Shown piece by piece: positions 52,501 through 62,800 of a DNA stretch of 64,000 nucleotides (positions within the stretch are counted from its first letter, which is position 1; each line of letters begins with the position of its first letter). The translations under genes and the position numbers were made by a program. The notes beneath the pieces were generated by a model. The model ran no database searches and was not told where the DNA came from. It saw only the letters and a list, made by a program, of their open reading frames with translations. Source of the stretch: Vairimorpha necatrix (taxonomy: Eukaryota). The stretch covers positions 744,001 to 808,000 of the forward strand of contig CP142729.1 in NCBI GenBank assembly GCA_036630325.1, given 5' to 3'.

Positions 52501-52912
52501 CGGAATGATGTTTGTTATCAGCTGTAACTGGTTTTTTACCTTTAATGCCATTTGAGCTCAAATTGGCGTGTTTACCGGGAAGCTTGCCTGTGGCAAGGAA
52601 GCATTCAATGATGCTACGGTTTGAGGTGCCAAGAAGACCGGAGTTAAAAGAGTTAAAGGGAAAGGATTGTTTATCGTTATGAAAAGAGTTTTGTTTATCT
52701 GTTTTGTAGAAGGAAGAGTGTTGGTTTGCGTTCTGATGTTGTACCATGTTGTTCATGGAATTTCTCTATTTACATTACATAGTAACCAATAGAAAGAAAT
52801 AAGATTTGGCTGACCAATAATAGTCGACCATAGCTGTTCGTTCCGAAGAAGCATCGGCGTTTTAGTATTTATTGGTTTTTGGAAATCATGTGGTATGATC
52901 CATTATACCACA
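49593..52912 (-). mobile_element. LTR retrotransposon, family A copy 2 (gag-PR-IN, no RT/RNaseH core)
   Basis: 349-bp LTRs 52564-52912 and 49593-49941; TSD GAAAA; LFVDTGATCNYI; HIKGADNIAADSLSR; ISDNGRQYT; SNGISERINQTI. Confidence 0.93.
51943..52245 (+). mobile_element. Solo LTR, family B, nested antisense in gag of family A copy 2
   Basis: TGTGGTAT..ATACCACA...CGTCA; TSD TGGGG. Confidence 0.92.
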
Positions 52913-52917
52913 GAAAA

Positions 52918-53698
52918 AAATACAATATCAACAAAACGAAGAAAAGCCACCAAAATCTCACCAATAAAGATAAATCATCAATAATTGCGTTTACACGCCA
53001 GCATACCTCTTCGGCCTCGCTTGTAGGAGAAAAGTTTGTTCCCATAGGACACATCCTTAGTCATAATATGACTAGAGACCCACTTTCACGGGTCTAATGA
53101 AAAACGAAAACGCCTGGCTCAATACACCATTTAAGAACACGACTCGGTTCAGCGGAACAGTACAGCATCAGTATCATGCCCGACCTCTCCCAGGTCAAAT
53201 ATAATTAAATATAAGTCTTTTTGTTAATAATATAACACTTCTTTCTTCTAATTCTAGATTTTCATTTTTTTTAATTAAGCTATATTAAAAAAAATAAAAA
53301 TAAAATTGTTTATTGTAAAAAAAGACAAAATCAGCAAAACGAAGAAAAGCCTCCAAGCCACCAAAAACTCCACTAATAAAGAAAAAATCATCAATAATTG
53401 CGTTTACACGCCAGCATACCTTAACGGCCTCGCTTGTAGGAGAAAAGTTTGTTCCCATAGGACACATCCTTAGTCATAATATGACTAGAGACCCACTTTC
53501 ACGGGTCTAATGAAAAACGAAAACGCCTGGCTCAATACACCATTTAAGAACACGACTCAGTTCAGCGGAACAATACAGCATCAGTATCATGCCCGACCTC
53601 TCCCAGGTCAAATATAATTAAATATAAGTCTTTTTGTTAATAATATAACACTTCTTTCTTCTAATTCTAGATTTTCATTTTTTTTTAATTAAGCTATA
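52918..53698 (-). repeat. Tandemly duplicated ~410-bp 3' UTR of the LINE (copy B 53285-53698; copy A 52918-53284 plus 49562-49592); partial third copy 55869-55984
   Basis: Near-identical direct repeats; AATAAA near the 3' end on the - strand; copy A is split by the family A LTR element. Confidence 0.92.
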
Positions 53699-55537
53699 TT
53701 AATTATTTTGTTTCGTTATCTCCTTCAGTTTGTTATTAATCATAATTCTTCTAGAGACAACCATTCTATCTAAGAACTCTATAGTGCAACAAAGTTCTTT
53801 TATCTTATCTGGGTTATTTTTTAGTCCGATTTTATTACCAAGGAGTTGCTTGGTTTTATCTCGGATATTTGTTTTTGAACAAGTCAGTAGAGGCAGTTTA
53901 TTTTCAAAAGATGATCTAATGTCAGTTAAACAGACGCACTCCAGAAGAAAGTGTTCTAAATTTTCTTGTGGTCCATCACACAAAAAGCATTCGTTTCTAT
54001 AACTCATTGGTATTCTTTTTGAATATGCTATTGCTGAGGACCACTTTACTAAATTACATCTCAATCTAGTATATGTTCTAATTTTTCTATTGTTTATTTT
54101 GTTCATGACATATTTTATTTGTGAATTTCTTATGTCATATTGGTTTGCTATTGATGCAGCTAAAGAAGTATTTAGAGTTCTTCGACTTCTTAGTACATCA
54201 ATTATTTTTGAAGTGATAAATTTACTATCACTTGATTCGTATTCGAAGCCGACAAATCGTTTTAACCATCTTTGTGTTCTTGAACACCAGGTAGTTTTTC
54301 TTTCTTTCGGATTTATTGCAATTATATCCGATATGATTGTCTTATTGTGTTTCCACTTGTTGTATGCTCTAAATCTACTTAAAGCTGCTTGTATATGAAT
54401 TCGTTCGATACTGAACTCGTCCATTACTCTATCTAGTGGAACTAATACTCTTTTGAATATCATTCTGATAGATTTTCTTAAGATCCTGTTAATCTTACCT
54501 GCTCTTGTACTTGACATTCCCCACAGTTCACTACCATACATTAGTGTGGGTACTAGTACACATTTGATTAAGATCGCCTTGAAGTAAAGGTTGATGCTAT
54601 TATTCATCAACTTGGGCATCAAGGCGTCTAAGGCTTTCTTGCCACGCATTGCTGCGTCTTTGACCAAATGTTCTTCTAGCGTGTTTCTTTTAATTAAGAC
54701 ACCTAGATATCTGTATTCAGTGACTTCTTCAATCACACCAAAGTCTGTACTGAGAGAATACAAACTTCGGAATTCTTGTATGTTAGAATGAGCATTCCAT
54801 TCTAATACTCCGCTTTTTGTGCAGTTAATCTTCATTCTGTTATTAACTGCCCACTTTGAAATTCTATTGATCTTATTATTAAGATCATCAATGTTGTTTC
54901 CGAAGACAACAATATCATCTGCGAACATCAGTCCCGGAACTCTCGTATTTGATCTTGGGATCAAAACTCCTTCTATGCCGTCAAAAATATCATTGATGAA
55001 TATATTGAACAGCATTGGAGAACAAGGGCACCCTTGTCTCACTCCTTTTCTGTAGCTATAACCACTTGACGTGTCACCACCAATTTTCACACGCATGGTG
55101 GTATATTTATAAATATCCTTTATTGTATTGATTAAATACAATGGGATATTAAGTTTTGTAAGCTTTTCAAATAATAAGTCATGACTTACATTATCATAAG
55201 CTTTTTCAAAGTCAATGAAACACATTATTGTGTTCAAGCCTCTGAATTCTCTTCTTCTCACTATTTCTAGTAAAGATGTAATCTGATTCATACACTCTTC
55301 ACCTGCTCGGAATCCTGCTTGGTATCTAGAGAGTATATCTTGTTCTTCGACAAATTGAGTTAACCTGTCATTTATTATCTTGAGATAGATCTTACTAATT
55401 GTGTTAATTAAGGAGATTCCCCTATAATTATTTAGATCTGTCTCATCTCCTTTTTTGTGGAGGCAAATCATGTTTGCCATGCTCCAGTATTCAGGAGGAC
55501 TATTTCCACAAATATATTTATTAAATTCATGTAGCAT
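53699..55537 (-). CDS. Non-LTR (LINE-type) reverse transcriptase with C-terminal CCHC finger; reading frame extends upstream to about 55960 across one frameshift
   Basis: NKAAGPDEIP upstream in frame; NYRGISL, QAGFR, FIDFEKAYDNV, GVRQGCPCSPMLFNIFI, FADDIV, YRYLGV, CFLC..ENLEHFLLEC; no APE or RLE domain seen. Confidence 0.93.
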   Translation of the reverse strand: MLHEFNKYICGNSPPEYWSMANMICLHKKGDETDLNNYRGISLINTISKIYLKIINDRLTQFVEEQDILSRYQAGFRAGEECMNQITSLLEIVRRREFRGLNTIMCFIDFEKAYDNVSHDLLFEKLTKLNIPLYLINTIKDIYKYTTMRVKIGGDTSSGYSYRKGVRQGCPCSPMLFNIFINDIFDGIEGVLIPRSNTRVPGLMFADDIVVFGNNIDDLNNKINRISKWAVNNRMKINCTKSGVLEWNAHSNIQEFRSLYSLSTDFGVIEEVTEYRYLGVLIKRNTLEEHLVKDAAMRGKKALDALMPKLMNNSINLYFKAILIKCVLVPTLMYGSELWGMSSTRAGKINRILRKSIRMIFKRVLVPLDRVMDEFSIERIHIQAALSRFRAYNKWKHNKTIISDIIAINPKERKTTWCSRTQRWLKRFVGFEYESSDSKFITSKIIDVLRSRRTLNTSLAASIANQYDIRNSQIKYVMNKINNRKIRTYTRLRCNLVKWSSAIAYSKRIPMSYRNECFLCDGPQENLEHFLLECVCLTDIRSSFENKLPLLTCSKTNIRDKTKQLLGNKIGLKNNPDKIKELCCTIEFLDRMVVSRRIMINNKLKEITKQNN

Positions 55538-55986
55538 GAATTTAAAGAATTTATCTTCTACTGCTCTAGTCAGTAAGTGTTTGTATAGCTCGGTTGGAAT
55601 CTCATCAGGACCGGCTGCTTTGTTATTTCCACATTTCTTCAGTGCGGATAGAAATTCTTCATCTGTTCTGTTATCTCTGGGGGAAGATCAACAAGATCTA
55701 CTTTATCATAGACATTGACATCTATATCATTCTCTGACGCCAAATCAGCGTAAAATTTATTCGCTATTTCTAGCTTCTTTGCTCGGCAAGTCTGAAGAAT
55801 CTTATTGTGGTCAATTAGAGCCACTTGATCCAAACGAATGGAGACACTTCTATTTTTCAGCCTCCTAGTTTCATGAGTCTGATGAAAAACGAAAGCGCCT
55901 GGCTCATTACACCATTTAAGAACACGACTCAGTTCAGCGGAACAATACAGCATCAGTATCATGCCCAACCTCTCCCAGGTCAAAAT

Positions 55987-56055
55987 AGAAATTTGCACCT
56001 AGTTAAAAAACATCGGTCCCGCCCTCCGCGACGTGGACGCTCTCTTGTGGAGGGT
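55987..56055 (-). ncRNA. HDV-like (nested double pseudoknot) self-cleaving ribozyme, predicted
   Basis: Minus strand: P1 ACCCUCC/GGAGGGC, P2 AGAGA/UUUCU, P3 GCG/CGC, L3 UCCACGU, P1.1 CC/GG, P4 ACC..GUU/AAC..GGU, J4/2 GCAAA; folded by eye. Confidence 0.82.
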
Positions 56056-56104
56056 TTCGGTCCCACCCTCCACGACGTATACGCTCTCTTATTTGTATAC
56101 AACA

Positions 56105-56348
56105 CCTACTATACATACAAAAAAAGCAGTAACCTCAAAATGTCGGCATACACCTTCATTCTTACAGTTCTGCTTAAAAGAGTAGTATTCTCCTAAATGT
56201 ATCTTTGAGCTACGCTTCAGGCTTAAGAGGCTTTCAGCCTTAATCGAAACGACGTAGCTAAGCAACATAACTTAATAGTTAATCGCACTACCAGTGGTCA
56301 TCACTTAGAGTTCCTCTCGTACTATCAAAGTTCACTCAAAAATACTTA

Positions 56349-56390
<42 letters not shown>

Positions 56391-56825
56391 TCTCACGTTC
56401 CTCATTACCGGGTGAACAATCCAACACTTCGTAACATATACACTACGATGATCAGAAGAGACGACATCGAAGAATCAAAAAGCAGAGTCGCTATGATCGC
56501 TTGCCTGCTACAAGCCAGTTATCCCTGTGGTAACTTTTCAATCACCCAATACATAATGAATGTAATTGGGATCGCTAGGCCAAGGTTTCCCTACTAAATA
56601 CAGTCATATGCATAAAGTAAAGCAGATTTATTCCCTTATAATAAACTGATGGTTACCATCCATCATTCATCTACCTTAGGACAGCTGTGTTACTTTTTAA
56701 CAGCTGTACCGCCCCAGCCAAACTCCCCATATATTCTAATAAATAAATATTCAAACATACTAGTGGTTTCACAATACTTCTCCCACCTCTCTACAATATA
56801 CCGAATATTTATTAAAACATACTGA

Positions 56826-56857
<32 letters not shown>

Positions 56858-56956
56858 GATAAATAACAAGCCCGTTCCCTTGTCTCGTGGTTTCACAAAA
56901 TTGTAAGTAGGGACAGTAGGAATCTCGTTGCTCCATTCATGCGCGTCACCAATTAA

Positions 56957-57009
<53 letters not shown>

Positions 57010-58603
57010 ATTCGCTTACACAACTTTAACAATAAATGCACTGGGCAGAATTCACTTCTTGTAAATACAAAAAGCTATGTTTTTAATAAACAGTCAGATT
57101 CCTTACATAGTAAAAGTTCTAGCATGCTAGAGCCAATCTTTATCCCAAAGTTACAGATCTAATTTGCCGAATTCCCTTACTTACTTTAATTTAAAATATT
57201 TGTTATGATACAAAGACACCTGATGCGGTATAGGTACGGTTAAAATTATTTTATTTTTATCAAGTATATATAATTAACTATTTCTTATCATGACAATCCA
57301 TAGTTAAAATTAAATTTAATTCATTTATCTTAAATTTATTGAAATATACTGTCATTATCAAGTTACCTTATAATAATTTAATAAAGAATTATTAATCTTT
57401 TTTGTTTTTATAAATAACACCGATTCACTTCAATAATAATTGAAAACCCTAGTCTATATCTATACAAATATATTGTTACTGCCTCCAAGATCGGCTCATT
57501 TGTTTCTTCTATATATACTCACATATATACTTCAATACAAACAAATTGCACAGCTACCTAAATATTTATTAGAAACATCTCATAAAAGTAGTAATCTTCT
57601 TCCATTTTATACAATAATACATTCGGTAGGTACGTTGTAACACGTTTCTTAGCGGATTTCTACTTCCATAACAACCGCCCTACTGTCTCAATGTATTCAT
57701 CATATTTATGGTATAATATCTACTATTTAGAATATTTAATGTTTCATAAGGTTCATCCCTTTTTGCACATCATTCTTACAATCATGTGCCCACTAGTTAT
57801 ACAATAGATTCATTATATAAATTTAATTTATATAATTCCATAGAATTAAAGATTTCTCATAGTTAAAAAACTATAACAGTGTCCTACATCTATGTCCTAT
57901 ATAATAATAACTGCTGTCCTGAGAGACATTTCGCTGTGAACCAGCTACCACACAGTTCGATTGGTCTTTCGCCACTATACACATCTTAAATCATCGATTT
58001 GCACGTCAGAATGATTATGGTCTTCCAATAAACTGTTGCTTATCTTCAACCAGAACATGTATAGTTCACTGTGTTTCGGGTCTTATAATTATAACTAATC
58101 AAGTTAATAAAGATTAAAAAATTTAATTTTTATCTTGCTATAATTATAATCTCCTTGGTCCGTGTTTCAAGACGGGTCCTTAAAAATAAGGCTAAACTCC
58201 ACACATTTTCACAAGTTCCTTCGCAGTACTTATTTTCTATCGGTATACCATTATATTTAACCTTAGATATTTCATTCTACCTTTATTCAAACTGCACTAC
58301 CAAGCAGCTCTACTCAAGTACATTATTCTATTCTATTAATAACGAATATAATATTCTCTATAAATATAATTAATAGAATAAACCATTTACAACTCCAATT
58401 AAGGATTACAATGGAGGGTTATTTCTTGTTCACTCGCTGCTACTAAAGAAATCCTAGTTAGTTTCTTTTCCTCCTTTTAATGATATGCTTAAGTTCAAAG
58501 GGTTATCAATACATTATAAATATATTAATTAGGTAAATAATATACTTTCGTATTCTATTACGACCTTCATCGTTATGGTATCCTATTGATCCCATGTGTG
58601 GAT
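56105..58603 (-). rRNA. Large-subunit rRNA (microsporidian, 5.8S fused); 3' end approximate
   Basis: GAACTTAAGCATATCA, GACCCGTCTTGAAACACGGACCAAGGAG, GGGAGTAACTATGACTCTCTTAAGGTAGCC, sarcin-ricin AGTACGAGAGGAAC on the - strand. Confidence 0.97.
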
Positions 58604-58639
58604 AAATTTAATAATTAAAATTAATTTAAATTTAACTTA
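58604..58639 (-). other. Very short AT-rich ITS
   Basis: About 36 nt between the SSU 3' end and the 5.8S-like start of the LSU. Confidence 0.8.
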
Positions 58640-59886
58640 ATATGATCCTGCTAATGGTTCTCCAACAGCAACCATGTTACGACTTATATCAGATCTAATA
58701 CATATTATTCAAGTAGTTTTCACTAATTTCACAACACATATCATCTTAGATAGCGACGGGCGGTGTGTACAAAGAACAGGGACACATTCAATTCTACTTA
58801 TTTAATAAAATTTACTAGCAATTCCAAGTTCAAATATCTCTTACAAAATATTATCCCATAAAGATTATATATCTATTGTATTGCGCGTGCAGCCCAAAAT
58901 GTCTGAGGGCATAACGGACCTGTTTTAATCCTTTCCTTCCTACACTGATTGTGTCTGTCTATTAATAAAAGGGTCTCACGTCTTGTTGAAATTAATCAAA
59001 ACTTCACAGCATCCATTGAAAACGGCCATGCACCACTATTATCATTCTCAGATTGAAAATCTTCTCTGAATAATAAAATATTGGTAAGTTACCTCGCGTT
59101 GAGTCAAATTAAGCCGCACAATCCACTCCTTGTGGTATTCTTCCGTCAATTTCTTTAATTTTCAATCTTGCGATCATACTATCCCCAGAGCCAAAAAACT
59201 CAAATTTCTATCATCTAATACAATTAATATCATATCACATCGTCGGCATAGTTTACTGCTGGAACTACAATGGTATCTAATCATCTTCGCTCCTCCAGCT
59301 TACGTCCTTGTTCAAAAAATACATACAAGTGTACAGCTTTCGCTTCTGTTCGTCCAGTCAGGGTCGTCACATTTCATCTCTCTCCCAACTATACAGTACA
59401 CCTCATATTGCTTCTTAAATATAAACTACGGACTTTTTAACTGCATCAATCATCATACACACTCTTGGAACAAGTATTACCGCGGCTGCTGGCACTTGAT
59501 TTGCCCTCCAATTAATCACCTCATATACTTTTACAATATGAAACAATAGAATATTACTTCCCATAACTGCCTCAGATAAAATCCATAGGTCAAGTTTCGC
59601 CCCTGCTGCAATCCTTAGACTTAGTAGCCGTCTCTCAGGCTCCTTCTCCGGAATATTACAAAGTAATACCGTTACCCGTCATTGCCTTGTTAAGCCATTA
59701 CCTTAACAACTAGCTGATAGGTCTCACTCTTACTGTATATGTCTTATGCTACACTTTAACGCAGTTATACTAATTTAATACATTAAATAAAGTGAGTATT
59801 ACTGAGCAGTCCATTTTTCCATATCAAAAACATGCATGGGTTAATCTTAGGGAATAGCGTCTACGTCAGGCAGAATCAACCTGGTG
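58640..59886 (-). rRNA. Small-subunit rRNA, about 1247 nt, Vairimorpha-type
   Basis: CACCAGGTTGATTCTGCCTGACG start, GTGCCAGCAGCCGCGGTAA, GTACACACCGCCCGTC, AAGTCGTAACATGG...GCAGGATCATA. Confidence 0.98.
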
Positions 59887-62800
59887 TTGTGTATTAAAAA
59901 TCAATATATTTGATTTTAATCAGTATTTATGAAAATATTAGAAATAAATATATTTCTTAATACAAATTCTTATAATATAAAATATGAAAACTATAATTGT
60001 TTAAAAATACTTAATAAATGATATAATATCAGATTGGATGAAATAAAATTTTACAAGGGTAAAAAATTATTTTAATAAATCAGCAAATGATTGATTAATC
60101 ACTGATTCACTGATCAAAATTGTGATCTGAGATTAGCAACATTTATAATTGTGTAAAAATTGTATAAAAAAACATGGATTCTAAATGATTCTTTATAAAG
60201 AGTTGAATCTACATGATACTACAGTATTATACATGAACAAACTTATATATTTATTTTAAAAATGATTATTCTAGTAATTTAATGATCTATTATCTAATTC
60301 TCAGATATAAAATTATTTTGTCTAATACACATTTGTTTTGTTCATTTGTTGACCCAAACAAAAAAAAAAAAAACTTGACATTTTTAAGATGTGAGATGAC
60401 ACTTTGACTTTGATACTCACATAAAAATATATTATATCTTTTCCATGGTGAGTTTGTGATGTATAATACAAATAAATGCATCATGTATAATTGTATATTA
60501 ATTTATGTAGTATAAAGTACATATGCTCTTAAAATATATTTTTATTTCTTCACTTACTGATAGCTTCATTGGCCTTGTTCCTATTTGATTACATGCACTT
60601 CTTTTATTTTTAATGTATGTTTTAACAAGAATACTTATTGTTTGTATTTTACATTATAAATATATTCCTAAAGTTTTTTTATTGACTTTTGCCGGTCAAT
60701 GATAAGATGTTTGACAGATTTATTTTATGTGATATGTCTTTATGACATGACAGTAGCCCTACAAAAATATATAATTATACATGTTTATTTTGTTAGCTTT
60801 TGATAAATACAAACAAAATCATTAAATTTTCTTAAATATAAACATTGAGCCACAAAATTAATATATAAAACGATGAAACACATAAAAAAATGATAAAGCA
60901 ACATACCATCATGACCAGGCCCTTTATTTGGCCGCGACAGAAAAAATAATATATTTTTTGAGAGGTAATTTTTTAAACATTTACATATAATTTTACTTAA
61001 AGAGGTGTTGTAAATGTATATAACCAACGTGGGAAATCGATGTAGCTGTTACAAGAATAGTAAATTTTTTAAAGTAATATCTCATCCCTTCTTTATAAAT
61101 GTTTTTAATGATTTATGCAGGCAAACAAATCTCTACTTGTAAAAATATGTTTCGTCAATATTTGATCGGATACTATAGCAAGAAATTATAAAAAAACATA
61201 TATTCCTAAAATATTGAGTTGCTCATTGATATATATCTTTTAAAACTATTTAAAAACTTAAGAATAACATTAAATTATTTTAACTCTCGTGGATCTATTT
61301 AATTTGACTGTAATTAACAATATTTACAAGTAACCCCTTTTAGTGAAAACTTCAATTTTAATTTATAAGATTATGTTTCTGAATTTGTAAAACGTCTTTG
61401 TGTCTCTCAGGATATATTGTCTCCAACAAAAAATTAGAAAATATTAACAAAATGCATTTTAATATCTAAAAAAAGAAAACAATAATTTTTAAGAAATAGG
61501 CACTTGATTTAATAAAGAAATTTTTTTTATCAAAAACAGTCGTATAAATATAAAATAAATAGATTACGATTATAAATTAAAAATATGAAAATAATTTTTG
61601 AATTAGATTAGTGAAATAAAAAAATATACAATTGTGAATTGTCTCATGGCTTTATTTTTTTTGCAAAGTGATCCAAAAAACTCTAGAATCGAGCTTAAAT
61701 GGCTTATTCCTTTGCATATTTTGATATCTAATTTTTTGTCTGGATTCCAAATTCATTTTGTGTAACTTTGTCCGTATTTGTCTCAGTACAGTCTTCTAGC
61801 TTTAGCTAAATTGCATATATACTGTGGCTGTCTGAACAATAACATATTATGTATTATACAGTTCATACGTTTTCTATAAGCTTTATTTATTTTTGCTATA
61901 AACAATGACAACTAAATATGGTCTCAATATTTAAAGAAATCATTGTATCGTTAATCTTTTTGTCGCAATGTATGAGATACAGAACTTACAACTGAGTTTT
62001 GATTTCTAATAAAACACTAGTAGAATCTGATTCTATTTTCATTTAGATTAAAACCAATCCAAAATGTTTTTAGGTCTTTATTATCGTAAAAAATCTAATA
62101 CTTCATTTTAAACTATAATTAATTTCATTTATGCGAAATTATTATACGCCATATAAAATGTGTAAACTTCGTGCTCTTCTTAATTTATACGTCAATATGT
62201 TACATTATAGTAGAATTTGAATTATGGATTTTTATATTATAAATTATAAATTTTTTCTAGATTATTTATTTACCGGCAATAATTATATTATGGATATTTA
62301 GCTTTGAAGTAACATATCAATACATTGAAATACGAAGAAGTGAGAAACAATAACAGAATGTACATAGTTGTTTGTCTAAACACCCTATCGGTTTCGGGCA
62401 TTTAATAGGATGCTTAAACTTCCTATTTGAGTTCAGATTTATGTGGTTCGAGTTAAAAATCTTTCAGAAATAAAAATTACTGCAATATCTTTTTTATCTA
62501 AATTTTTTTTTAGACATAAAGAGCCGATTCGATTATTTTTAAAAAAATATTTGTTTTAGAAACAGGATCAATTTACATTGTATTGTCCAGACAAACATAA
62601 ACACCTTATGTTGGACTTCCAATATCTATTTACATATAACATTTATGCATTTTCTCATATTATAAAGTTTTTCTTGAATAAAGTAGTCATTATTCATCAT
62701 ATAAAATCAATAATCGTGTAAGACACTCCCGTTACTAGTATTTTAATTCCCTTTGTACAACTCGACTTTCATCATCTATAATAAGACCTTTGCATCCTTT

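Noticed and set aside
55873-55907. Hammerhead-like CTGATGA-AAAAC-GAAA with stem I ATGAGT/GCTCAT on the + strand
   Set aside because: No stem II, cleavage triplet would be CUG (not NUH), antisense to the element, and the other two copies read CTAATGA
56412-59549. Short ORFs (61-139 aa) on the + strand
   Set aside because: Antisense to rRNA; spurious
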